Counted from the stretch's first letter, positions 30,110-39,445 are shown. The stretch: 64,000 nt of DNA from an uncultured virus (IMG/VR IMGVR_UViG_3300036987_000183) (IMGVR_UViG_3300036987_000183); one strand, 5' to 3'. Numbers and translations: made by a program. The notes: generated from the sequence alone by a model not told the origin.

Positions 30110-30271
30110 ATGGAAAATTTCAAGTGCGACGTAAGGCTCAACAATGAGCGGATAAAGAAACTACAAAAGCTCAGAGAATGGAGCGGCCTGGGCAAGCAGG
30201 CGATCTTTAACACGCTAATAGATCAGGCGTATGACAACGCGGCACGGACAATGGGAGCTACAAAAAAATGA
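30110..30271 (+). CDS. Small ribbon-helix-helix-like protein
   Basis: DVRLNNERIKKLQKL...GLGKQAIFNTLID pattern. Confidence 0.4.
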   Translation: MENFKCDVRLNNERIKKLQKLREWSGLGKQAIFNTLIDQAYDNAARTMGATKK

Positions 30272-30600
30272 ACAACACGGAAGGCGGTTCAATGTTCAAG
30301 GTTCAAAGTTCAAGGTTGAAAGGTATTTTCAACTCAAAACTCAAAACTCAAAACTCAAAACTGCTTTTAGTGTTTTTAGTGGTTTTTCTCGCCGCCTGCA
30401 CCGCTCCAGTCGAGACACTGATCCCGACTGCTATCCCCTGCCCGCAGCCGCCAGCTCTGATCCGCCCGCACCTGGCCCTCCAGGATCTTCAGCCCGTGGC
30501 AGCGCCTTCCGAGGTGCTCCGGGCCTACGTCATCACCGTCGAGCAGCTCACGGGTTACGCCTGCGAGCTGGAAACAATTATCAATGGGTACAGGAGATAG
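30268..30600 (+). CDS. Putative o-spanin lipoprotein (Rz1-like)
   Basis: Lipobox LAAC followed by Pro-rich segment; its 5' part overlaps a heptamer repeat array (30286-30362). Confidence 0.6.
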   Translation: MNNTEGGSMFKVQSSRLKGIFNSKLKTQNSKLLLVFLVVFLAACTAPVETLIPTAIPCPQPPALIRPHLALQDLQPVAAPSEVLRAYVITVEQLTGYACELETIINGYRR

Positions 30601-30603
30601 ACG

Positions 30604-30963
30604 ATGCAAAAACTAATCGAGGGTTATACCCGCCACTCATACTCCGGCATTATCGAAGTGGCATCAAGTATCACGCCGCTGGCAGCCGCCGCCGTTGATG
30701 TAGGCGAGTTTATCAATTGTTCCCAGTTCTCCCGCCTGCACGGCACCGTCTTCGCCGATCAGGGCGGCACCCTCAACATCCACTTCAGCGGCGACGGGGT
30801 CAACATCGACTACACCCGGACCATCTCTGTCGGGGCCTCGGACAAGGTCAACTCAGCCTGGGACCAACTGGTGATTGCTCCCTATGTCAAGTTCGAATAC
30901 ATCAACGGCTCCACAATCCAGGGTGCGTACCGCTTCTACGCCTTTGGCCGGTCCATGAGCTAA
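30604..30963 (+). CDS. Hypothetical beta-rich virion protein
   Basis: AGGAG RBS; beta-strand-like pattern; immediately upstream of the DGR target. Confidence 0.6.
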   Translation: MQKLIEGYTRHSYSGIIEVASSITPLAAAAVDVGEFINCSQFSRLHGTVFADQGGTLNIHFSGDGVNIDYTRTISVGASDKVNSAWDQLVIAPYVKFEYINGSTIQGAYRFYAFGRSMS

Positions 30964-30973
30964 GGGGAAAGAG

Positions 30974-32575
30974 ATGCCAATACAAAGCGATGGAAAAATC
31001 AAATCAGACCCGACCGGCCTTTTGCTCGGCTCCTCCAGTGCCCTCTCTCCCGCGGTCAACTCTATCGGCTCCCCGGGCAGCGCCGGCTTCGGCGTCGGGA
31101 TCGCCCCGGAGACCGCCCTGCCTCCGGGTATGGTCCCCCTGTATGGGTACACCGAACCGACCCACTTCAATTTCGGCAACTACCAGTACAAAGACGGCTC
31201 CGTCATGTGCTGGGTACCGAAATACTACTACAAGATCGGCACCGGAGCCAACGGGCTGCCGGCCAACCGGGTCGACATTGCCGGCGTCCAGACCTTCGCC
31301 ACTACCGCCCTGGCCAACAATGCCGGCTACGCATTGCACCGGGCCTTTATCGATGGCGGGGCGGAAAAAGACGGCTTCTTTGTCGACAAATACATTGTCA
31401 GCAAAAACGCCTGGGGTACCGGTTATATTGCCAGTTCTATCAAAAACGGCCTGCCGCTTTCCACCAACAGTGCCCACAACCCGATCGGAGACCTGACCGC
31501 CGTCAGCGGGGCCAACTATTATTACTCGGCCCTCACCGCTGCAAGGGCCCGGAGCGGACTCAACGGCGCCGTCGACGCCAACTCACCCTTTTTCTGTACG
31601 AGCCGCTTCATCTATGCTGCCCTGGCGCTGCTGTCCATGGCCCACGGCCAGGCCTCAGCCAATGGTCAGTTTTGCGGCTGGTTCGACGCGACGAAGAATT
31701 TTCCGAAAGGGTGTAACAATAACGCCCTGGCGGATGAATCCGACGCCACCGTCACCTATCAATCGGACGGCTACTCCAACTGTGCCAAAACGGGCAGCGG
31801 TAACCCTTTTGCCAAAACAACCCACAACGGCCAGGCCTGTGGTGTCGCTGACCTTAATGGCCTGATGTGGGAGATCAGCGCCGGGCTTACCTGTATCGCC
31901 GCAAGTAAAACAATTACTGGTGCATCAAAAGCCAATCCCTGTGTGATAACCATTGTCGGACATGGCTACACAACCGGCCAGGTTGCAATGATCACCAGCG
32001 TCGGCGGCATGACGCAACTCAACGACAAAATCTACACACTCACGTCGATCAACGCGGACACCTTCTCGCTGAACGGTGTCGACTCTTCCGCTTACACTGA
32101 TTTCACCACGGGTGGATCCGTGACCGTCGGCACATTCTACGCCGCTAAATCGGCGACAAAGATGCGCGACTTCACCTCCGGCAACTCAGCCGCCACCGAT
32201 CACTGGGGGGCAACCGGCGTAGCCGCCATGATGGATGCCTTCGCCATGCCGCTCCTGGCAGCGTCCGGCGGAACAGCGATTGCACAGCGGTTTGGGAATG
32301 CTGCTAACCAGGTCCTCTCCGAGGCAACCTCCGGCGCCGGATGGCTTCTTGCTGGTCTCGGCATCCAGAAAGACAGTGCCGGAATTTCTTCAGCAGGAAC
32401 CAACCTTTTTGGCACCGACTATTTTTATGAGTATATCAGGAATGAGCTATGCGTCATCTCCGGTGGGATCTGGAACGACGGTTCGTCTGCCGGCGTGTGG
32501 TGCCTGGCTGTGAGCTCCGCTCGGACGAACTCGGGCAGCTCTGTGGGGTTCCGGTGTGCCTGCTACCCTGCTTAA
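30974..32575 (+). CDS. DGR target protein (CLec/FGE-like fold, probable receptor-binding protein)
   Basis: GFFVDKY, GVADLNGLMWE, C-terminal SGG.W...AGVW...VGFRC; VR at the 3' end. Confidence 0.9.
   Translation: MPIQSDGKIKSDPTGLLLGSSSALSPAVNSIGSPGSAGFGVGIAPETALPPGMVPLYGYTEPTHFNFGNYQYKDGSVMCWVPKYYYKIGTGANGLPANRVDIAGVQTFATTALANNAGYALHRAFIDGGAEKDGFFVDKYIVSKNAWGTGYIASSIKNGLPLSTNSAHNPIGDLTAVSGANYYYSALTAARARSGLNGAVDANSPFFCTSRFIYAALALLSMAHGQASANGQFCGWFDATKNFPKGCNNNALADESDATVTYQSDGYSNCAKTGSGNPFAKTTHNGQACGVADLNGLMWEISAGLTCIAASKTITGASKANPCVITIVGHGYTTGQVAMITSVGGMTQLNDKIYTLTSINADTFSLNGVDSSAYTDFTTGGSVTVGTFYAAKSATKMRDFTSGNSAATDHWGATGVAAMMDAFAMPLLAASGGTAIAQRFGNAANQVLSEATSGAGWLLAGLGIQKDSAGISSAGTNLFGTDYFYEYIRNELCVISGGIWNDGSSAGVWCLAVSSARTNSGSSVGFRCACYPA
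32447..32562 (+). repeat. DGR variable repeat (VR)
   Basis: 116-bp ungapped match to 33022-33137; 17 of 19 mismatches are at TR adenines. Confidence 0.95.
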
Positions 32576-32592
32576 GGGAGTGATAACGACCG

Positions 32593-32997
32593 ATGACGCA
32601 GTCCAGTGGTGAAGTTCATTTAAATCGCAAGTTCATGGAGCTGATAAAACTCCTGAACATTTACCTCAACCACTTTCCAAAGCACGAGAAATTCGCGCTC
32701 AGCAACAGGATCCGGAACACCGCCTATGAAATCTACGACAATATTTCCGAGGGCCAGAAGCGATACTTGAAAAAGACCACGCTGAGCAACCTGGACATTG
32801 CCCACGAGAAGCTCAGGATGCAGATCTACCTCGCCTACGAGCTGGGGTATTTCCGATTCAAGGACGGCAAGGAAACCGACAAAACACCAGAAGAGCTCGA
32901 AGGCCACCGCTTTGGCTCCCTCAGTCTCTTGGTGGACGAGCTGGGCAGGATGATCGGCGGCTGGATTAAGAAGATGAAGGACGATAGCAGATGGTGA
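32593..32997 (+). CDS. avd: Accessory variability determinant (four-helix bundle)
   Basis: HFPKHEKFALSNRIR...LRMQIYLA...ELGRMIGGW; lies between VR and TR. Confidence 0.9.
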   Translation: MTQSSGEVHLNRKFMELIKLLNIYLNHFPKHEKFALSNRIRNTAYEIYDNISEGQKRYLKKTTLSNLDIAHEKLRMQIYLAYELGYFRFKDGKETDKTPEELEGHRFGSLSLLVDELGRMIGGWIKKMKDDSRW

Positions 32998-33021
32998 AGT
33001 AGAAGAACGGGCACCACATTA

Positions 33022-33137
33022 CTATGCGTCATCTCCGGTGGGAACTGGAACAACGGTTCGAATGCCGGCGTGTGGTACCTGAATTTGAACAACTATCGGA
33101 CGAACTCGAACAACAATGTGGGGTTCCGGTGTGACTG
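33022..33137 (+). ncRNA. DGR template repeat (TR)
   Basis: AAC/AAT-rich non-coding copy of VR between avd and RT. Confidence 0.95.
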
Positions 33138-33259
33138 TCTCTCTGGCCTCAAAACGCGCAGGCGTATAGTGGAGATACAGGGGTGTGGTGTCCGGCGTTA
33201 CGCGAAATCAACCAGCCGGACTTTTTAGTAGGACAATCCGAACATCAGGATGGCACTTT

Positions 33260-34306
33260 TTGAAACGACACGGCAATCTTTTCAACGAAATATTTACCCG
33301 GGAAAACCTGCACCAGGCCTTCCTCGATGCCCGCAAGGGCAAACGGAAGAAGCGTGCCTGCTTCGATTTCGAGACAGCACTCGGCCGCAACCTGGAGATG
33401 CTCTACCAGGAGATCCACTCAGGCACCTACCGCCCGCGTCCGTATTATACCTTCAAGGTCTACGAGCCCAAGGAACGCATCATCCACGCCCCGGCGTTCC
33501 GCGATATCGTCGTGCAGCACGCGATCTATCGGATCATCTATCCGCTCTTTAACAAGACATTCATCGATCAATCCTTCGCCTGCCGGAACGGCATGGGCAC
33601 TCACCGGGCCAGCGACTACACTCAGCGAGCTCTGCGCAAATGCGATCCCGACAGCTACACGCTGAAACTGGATATCCGGAAATTCTTCCACAGTATCGAC
33701 CGATCCATCCTGAACTGGCTGCTCGAACGAAAGATTAAAGACCAGCGACTGGTTGACCTGATGATGCTCTACGCCGAATGCGACGGACCGGCCGGGATCC
33801 CGATCGGCAACCTCCTCAGCCAACTATATGCCCTGGTCTACCTCAACCCTCTGGACCATTACGTCAAGCGGATCCTCGGGGTGAAAAACTACGTCCGCTA
33901 TGTCGATGATTTCATCCTGTTCGGCCTGACCCGCGAGCAGTGCCTCGAATACCGGGAGCGGATCATCATTTACCTGGATAAAGCGCTCCGCCTGACACTC
34001 TCGAAATCCACCATCCAAAAGGTACGCCGTGGCGTCAATTTCGTCGGCTACCGCACCTGGCGACACAAGCGCTTTATCCGAAAGTTCAGCCTGTACCGAT
34101 TCAAGAAAGCGCTGCGCACCGGCAACGCCAGATCAATAGCCTCGATCCTTGGACACGCCTGTCGCACCAACTCACTGCCGCACATGCTGCGGCTCATCAA
34201 GGAGAGCAGCAATGGCCAAAATATACCGCTTCCAAAAAGCCTCGGACGAATACACCAGCTACGGCCCGCAAGGCGAAGGGATCACCGAGCTCTGCACGCT
34301 GCCTGA
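33260..34306 (+). CDS. DGR reverse transcriptase
   Basis: KRHGNLF start (TTG 33260), PKER.I.AP.FRD.VVQHA, LKLDIRKFF.SI, GIPIGNLLSQ, RYVDDF, FVGY. Confidence 0.95.
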   Translation: MKRHGNLFNEIFTRENLHQAFLDARKGKRKKRACFDFETALGRNLEMLYQEIHSGTYRPRPYYTFKVYEPKERIIHAPAFRDIVVQHAIYRIIYPLFNKTFIDQSFACRNGMGTHRASDYTQRALRKCDPDSYTLKLDIRKFFHSIDRSILNWLLERKIKDQRLVDLMMLYAECDGPAGIPIGNLLSQLYALVYLNPLDHYVKRILGVKNYVRYVDDFILFGLTREQCLEYRERIIIYLDKALRLTLSKSTIQKVRRGVNFVGYRTWRHKRFIRKFSLYRFKKALRTGNARSIASILGHACRTNSLPHMLRLIKESSNGQNIPLPKSLGRIHQLRPARRRDHRALHAA

Positions 34307-34643
34307 TGGGTTCACGTATGTTTCGGTACCGGATGATGGGAAATTGTCCGACGAGCAGCCGAAGCAGATCCAGATCGAGGAGCCGATCCTCACTGACGAG
34401 CTGAAAGAGCAGATCAAGGCAACGAGCCCACACTGCCAGCTGATCTATACCAGGATGCAGGAGAAGATCCGCGAGAAGTATTGCTCAGAAGACGAGATGT
34501 ACATGACCCGGATCAGCGTCGGGCAACTCGCCGGCATGTATCAGATGCAGCCGGGCGAGCCGGAGCTGATAGTGGCATACCAAACCTTCATCGAGGGGAT
34601 CAGGCAATGGGGAAAGTCAGAGCGGGCAAAATTCGGACTGTAA
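34212..34643 (+). CDS. Hypothetical protein (overlaps the RT 3' end)
   Basis: AAGGAG RBS with ATG at 34212. Confidence 0.65.
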   Translation: MAKIYRFQKASDEYTSYGPQGEGITELCTLPDGFTYVSVPDDGKLSDEQPKQIQIEEPILTDELKEQIKATSPHCQLIYTRMQEKIREKYCSEDEMYMTRISVGQLAGMYQMQPGEPELIVAYQTFIEGIRQWGKSERAKFGL

Positions 34644-35048
34644 TTAAACGCTATCTGAAAAACATCGCCATCTGGATCGATCAGGGCTGCAACGTCGTAC
34701 TGTTTGCCGGATCCCCTGACGAGACAATCAGCAGCAGAATCGGCCGCAATCAACATATCTGGATCTGCCGGTTCGCGAAACGGGTGGTTGATATGGTCTT
34801 TGGCCTCGGGCACTGCGAACGGAGCATCGAGCACGAAGAGTGCCGGAAAGGCGAACTGTAACCCCATGATAACCGGCTTCAAAAGAGAGCGCCGAGGCTC
34901 AGGATTCCGCGTAGCTGTCCAGGTCGATCATTCCTCCTGGGGGCATGGTGAGGCGGCAACAATCCGGGCAGCAAAGAAGCTGGCCAAAACCGAAGCAGAA
35001 CGTAAAGCGGCGAGGCGGCCGGAAACTTTAGTATGGAGAGCGGAATAA

Positions 35049-35492
35049 ATGAGCAGTAAACGCCAGCAGATAGTCGACGCCATCGAAACCCGGATGAAAA
35101 CCATCCTCACCACCGGCGGCTATGCCACCAATGCCGGGCAGAGGGTCTACGTCTGGCGCACCACGCCTTTGGCTGATACAGAGTTGCCGGCACTGTGCCT
35201 GTACGATACGACCGGGGAGGTCAACGAGGACGGCGGCATCATTGGCAAGTTTTCCCACCGACTGGATCTCAGTATCGAGGCGATCGCCTCCGGCTCCACA
35301 ACCCGCAGCGTGGTGCGCAACATGATCGCCGACGTGTTCAAGGCCCTCGGCACAGATGAGTATTTCGGTGGCCTGGTGGAAACCACCTCTTCACCCAGTC
35401 ACGATATCAACCTCGAGCAGGCCGATAAACTCATCGGCGCCGGGATAGTCAAGTTTTCGGTCACCTATAGAACCAATCAGTGGGAAATATAA
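35049..35492 (+). CDS. Tail terminator/completion protein (gpU-like)
   Basis: SKRQQI...ELPAL...VTYRT; immediately before the tail tube gene. Confidence 0.7.
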   Translation: MSSKRQQIVDAIETRMKTILTTGGYATNAGQRVYVWRTTPLADTELPALCLYDTTGEVNEDGGIIGKFSHRLDLSIEAIASGSTTRSVVRNMIADVFKALGTDEYFGGLVETTSSPSHDINLEQADKLIGAGIVKFSVTYRTNQWEI

Positions 35493-35537
35493 AAACCAGC
35501 GGCTGGCAGTCAGCGGCTAGAAAAGGAGCAACAAGCA

Positions 35538-36707
35538 ATGCCACAGGCCAGAGGATCTAAAGGAAAAATGGGCTACCAGGTCGAGACGACCTTTGCCGCT
35601 ATGCCGGACACCCCAGCGCTCAACCTTCTCTACTTCGAGAACGAATCCATCCAGGAGAAGATCAACACCATCACCAGCCAGATCATCCGCGACAGCCGTA
35701 ACCCGGTGGCTCCGGTCCGCGGCAATCGCGATGTATCCGGCAGCATTAAAACGCAGCTCTGCCCGAACATCGGCACCCTACTGCGGGCGGCGCTGGGATC
35801 CAATACCACCACCGGAGCGTCATCCCCCTACACCCACACCATGAAGGTCGGCGATTTGCCGTCGCTCCTGATGGAAAAAGGCTTCACCGACCTCGGGAAA
35901 TACCTCCTGTACCTGGGACTCAAGATCAGCCGGGTGAATATCAGCGCCAAAGCGGAAGGGTACCAGGACATATCCTTCGACCTGATGGGCGCCTTCGAGG
36001 CTCAGGCCCTGAAATACGATGGCCAGTCTGGGAGTTTTGCCGTGGGCCAGACCGCAACAGGGGCCACCAGCACCAGCACCGGTTTCATCATGGGCGATAA
36101 CGACGGCGGCACCAGCGGTTTCCTGACGCTCATCAACACCAGTGGCGATTTCCAGAATGATGAAGCGCTCGCCGATGGCGACACCGGCGCAGCCACGGTG
36201 GACGGCACCCTCGGCAGCGCCACGATCGACGGCACGTACACCGACCCGGGGCATTCACCGTTCGATGGTTTTTCCATCGGCACACTGCAGGAAGGCGGCG
36301 CCGATGTCGCAGTGATCCAGAGCGTGGACATCACCATCGATAACGACTTGGACGGTGAAACGTATGTCATCGGCGGCGGAGGGGTCCGGAGGAGCATCAA
36401 CGAGGGCATCGTCAAGGTAAGCGGCACGATCACCGCCCTATTCGAGGACCTGGTCATGTTCAACAAGGCGCTGCGCTTCACCGAGACCAGCCTGAAACTG
36501 ATCTGGAAGCACGGCACCGGTGCCGGCACCGCCGGAAACGAATCACTCGAGCTGCTCATCCCTGAACTGAAATTCTCCCGGGAAACGCCGGTCATCGAAG
36601 GGCCGAAAGGGATCCTCTATCGCGGACCGTTCGAAGCGTACTACTCCGACTCTGTCCAGGCCACCGCCATTCAGCTGATTCTGAAGAATGCCCAGGCCAC
36701 CATTTAA
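35538..36707 (+). CDS. Major tail tube protein
   Basis: YQVETTF, VSGSI, KVSGTITALFED, P.IEGP; position before chaperones and tape measure. Confidence 0.8.
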   Translation: MPQARGSKGKMGYQVETTFAAMPDTPALNLLYFENESIQEKINTITSQIIRDSRNPVAPVRGNRDVSGSIKTQLCPNIGTLLRAALGSNTTTGASSPYTHTMKVGDLPSLLMEKGFTDLGKYLLYLGLKISRVNISAKAEGYQDISFDLMGAFEAQALKYDGQSGSFAVGQTATGATSTSTGFIMGDNDGGTSGFLTLINTSGDFQNDEALADGDTGAATVDGTLGSATIDGTYTDPGHSPFDGFSIGTLQEGGADVAVIQSVDITIDNDLDGETYVIGGGGVRRSINEGIVKVSGTITALFEDLVMFNKALRFTETSLKLIWKHGTGAGTAGNESLELLIPELKFSRETPVIEGPKGILYRGPFEAYYSDSVQATAIQLILKNAQATI

Positions 36708-36714
36708 CGCCCTG

Positions 36715-36745
36715 GACCTGCCAGGTTTTCAAAACCTGGCAGGTC
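36715..36745. repeat. 31-bp palindrome (REP-like), copy 2
   Basis: GACCTGCCAGGTTTTCAAAACCTGGCAGGTC. Confidence 0.9.
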
Positions 36746-36763
36746 TGATCTTGAAAGGTCACC

Positions 36764-37398
36764 ATGAAAGAAAAGCGTTACGAAATAGGCGGTAAAACCT
36801 ACGTCCAGAGAACACTGGTGTTGGGGCAGGTCAAGCAGATCCGCGAGGTCATCGCCGGATTGGTCGTGCCATCGTCGCTGAACGTGCCGGATATTATGGC
36901 CGCCCTCGATGACCGTCTCCCGCTGGCCCTGGCGGTTGTGTTGACGCCCGAAGGAGAGTCGCCCAGGAAGAAGGACCTGCAGGCCCTGGCGGATGAGCTG
37001 GAGTTTTCCATCGAGGCCGAAACGGCCGTCGAGGTAATCGAGGATTTTTTTATCTGCAACCCGGTGGCTTCACTCTCGACAAAGCTGGCGGGGATGATAA
37101 TCAAAGTTCGCAGCATGATGAGAACGAGGACTGGGTCGGACAGCTCTGCGTGTATCTCACCGACGGAGACATTACCCGGCGAGACGCAGTCCTCTGGGGA
37201 TATACCCTTGGAGAATGCGCCCCCTACCTGAAGCACCGGAAGCGCGAGCTGCTGTTCCGCGAGGCGGTCATCGCCTTCATGACCGGCGGCAAAGAAGAAA
37301 CACCGGAAGACGCCTACTGCGAGGCCTGCAAGCAGTCCGGGAAAGCGGACTGCTCCACCTGCACCAGGGAGATAAAGACTCATGACCCAGCAAAATAA
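36764..37398 (+). CDS. Tail assembly chaperones G (36764-37231) and GT (via -1 frameshift)
   Basis: Slippery T TTT TTT at 37045-37051; -1 frame is open from there to the stop at 37398. Confidence 0.7.
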
Positions 37399-39445
37399 AA
37401 CCGAGATAGTCATCACGGCCCTGAATCAGACGCAGCAGGCTTTCCGGGAACTAAAAGGGCAGTTTGGTGGCCTGGCAAACGACCTCGAGTCGGCAAAAGG
37501 AAAGTTCTCGGCATTGGCTGGCGTTATGGCGGGGCTGGGAGTGACCCTATCTGCTGGAGCGTTTGCGGCCTGGATCAAAAGCACTATCGATGCTGCCGAC
37601 GAGATGGGAAAGATGTCCCAGAAAGTCGGTGTCTCCGTGGAGGCACTGTCCGAGCTGAAATATGCCGGAGACCTGGCCGATGTGTCGCTCGATCAGCTCG
37701 GCATGGGCTTGAAGCAGCTCAGCAAAAACATGCGAGATGCCAGCCTGGGCGGCAAAGAGCAGATACGCTCATTCAATGACCTCGGCGTAGAGATTAAAAA
37801 TACTGACGGAACGCTGCGCAGTACAGACGACGTGTTCCGCGATGTGGCTGAGAAGTTTTCGACCATGGAGGACGGTGCCGAAAAGACCGCTCTGTCAATG
37901 AGAATGTTTGGACGCTCCGGTGCGGACCTCATACCTCTGTTGAACAGCGGCAAGAGTGGTCTAAAGGATATGGCAACAGAAGCGCGGGCACTTGGTGCCG
38001 TGTTTACTGGTGAAGCTGCCAAGGGTGCGGAACAGTTTAACGATAACCTGACCACGATTAAAACCTCATTCGCCGGCTTCGCTATCGGTATTGTCAATAA
38101 CGGCATCATGCCCTTGATGGATTTTATCAAGTCCCTTCAACAGGCATCCGTCGCGTATTTTGCGTTCATGGACAAATTGAAAGCCATTGATGACGCAAAA
38201 TGGAAGGGAATAATAACAAAAACCGGTCGGGCCGAATTGTCACGACAGATGGCCATTATCGACGAAGCGGCTTTCGCTACAATGAACGACATCGAGGCCA
38301 AATTCGCAGCGAAGAAAGCCGCAACTGTTGCAGGGGGTGGGAGAACCACAGATAAACCTACCAAGATCGCCAGGTCCCTTAAAGAGAAAGCCGTTAAAGC
38401 TGAAACCCTCCCCAGTGCCTACGCCATGGAGACATCAGAACTGGCCGCATTTTCAACCAAGATGGCAAAATGGTGGGAATCGGAGGATAAGGCTAGAAAA
38501 GAGGCGGCAGATGCGCTGGTCAAAGAACTTGAACTAAAGCAGCAGGTTCGTGAAGCCGAGATCCAGCACCAACTTTCCCTGGTCGACACCGCCGAAGCCT
38601 ACAACCAAATCAGCGAAGCAGAGGCAGCCGAGCAGCGGCTGGCGCTCAATCAGGAATTACTCTCTGTCCAGGAGCAGTGGCTCGGTACCATGGACAAGGC
38701 CACTGACGCTTCAGGTTGGCTGGCCCAGGCGCAAGCCATCGAGGAAGCCCGGCAAAAAATTCTAGGACTATCAAAAGCCGTCCAATCATATAACGGCACG
38801 GCAGCGCAAGGTTGGCAGGAAGGCATCGAGAAATACAAAAAAACTTTGCCCTCGACCTTCCAACAGATGTCAGACATGGCGGAAGGCACAGCGAACAGCA
38901 TGCAGGGCTCCTTTTCGGAAGTGTTCGGGGATGGCATGCGCGGTGAACTGAAGGATCTTTCCGATTACTTTGCATCGTTCACGAACTCACTAATAGATCT
39001 GTGGGCTGATGCTATGGCGCAGATGACCATGGCCAGTATGATGGGGAAAAGTGGCGGTTGGGGTGATTTCTTTGGCAGCCTGTTTAGTTCTTTTCCGGCA
39101 GGGACATCGCAATCAACCCTCGATTGGCTGACCAACGCCAAAGGCAACGTCTTTTCCTCGCCATCTCTCTCCCAGTATTCAGGCCAGGTCGTCTCAAAAC
39201 CCACCTTCTTCAAATTCGCCTATGGTGACGCCCTCGGAGTCATGGGCGAGGGCAGTGATCCGGAAGGCATCTTCCCCTTGGCCAGGGACAAAAGCGGCAA
39301 GCTCGGTGTTCGAGCGGTCGGAGGCGGAGGATCGTCCTTAACCATCCACATGCCGCTTACCGTGGAAGGCAGTAAAAAATATACTTCCGGCCTCAGAAGA
39401 GAAGTTGAGGAAACGGTAAGAAAATACGTGAGGGACCACAGCTAA
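37382..39445 (+). CDS. Tail tape measure protein
   Basis: 687 aa, Ala/Gly/Leu-rich and helical; MFGRSGADLIPLL; C-terminal NAKGNVF...GVMGE.G.PE motif. Confidence 0.88.
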   Translation: MTQQNKTEIVITALNQTQQAFRELKGQFGGLANDLESAKGKFSALAGVMAGLGVTLSAGAFAAWIKSTIDAADEMGKMSQKVGVSVEALSELKYAGDLADVSLDQLGMGLKQLSKNMRDASLGGKEQIRSFNDLGVEIKNTDGTLRSTDDVFRDVAEKFSTMEDGAEKTALSMRMFGRSGADLIPLLNSGKSGLKDMATEARALGAVFTGEAAKGAEQFNDNLTTIKTSFAGFAIGIVNNGIMPLMDFIKSLQQASVAYFAFMDKLKAIDDAKWKGIITKTGRAELSRQMAIIDEAAFATMNDIEAKFAAKKAATVAGGGRTTDKPTKIARSLKEKAVKAETLPSAYAMETSELAAFSTKMAKWWESEDKARKEAADALVKELELKQQVREAEIQHQLSLVDTAEAYNQISEAEAAEQRLALNQELLSVQEQWLGTMDKATDASGWLAQAQAIEEARQKILGLSKAVQSYNGTAAQGWQEGIEKYKKTLPSTFQQMSDMAEGTANSMQGSFSEVFGDGMRGELKDLSDYFASFTNSLIDLWADAMAQMTMASMMGKSGGWGDFFGSLFSSFPAGTSQSTLDWLTNAKGNVFSSPSLSQYSGQVVSKPTFFKFAYGDALGVMGEGSDPEGIFPLARDKSGKLGVRAVGGGGSSLTIHMPLTVEGSKKYTSGLRREVEETVRKYVRDHS

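Noticed and set aside
33185..34306. RT as group II intron or retron
   Set aside because: No maturase/endonuclease extension or msr-msd seen; avd and the TR/VR pair identify a DGR
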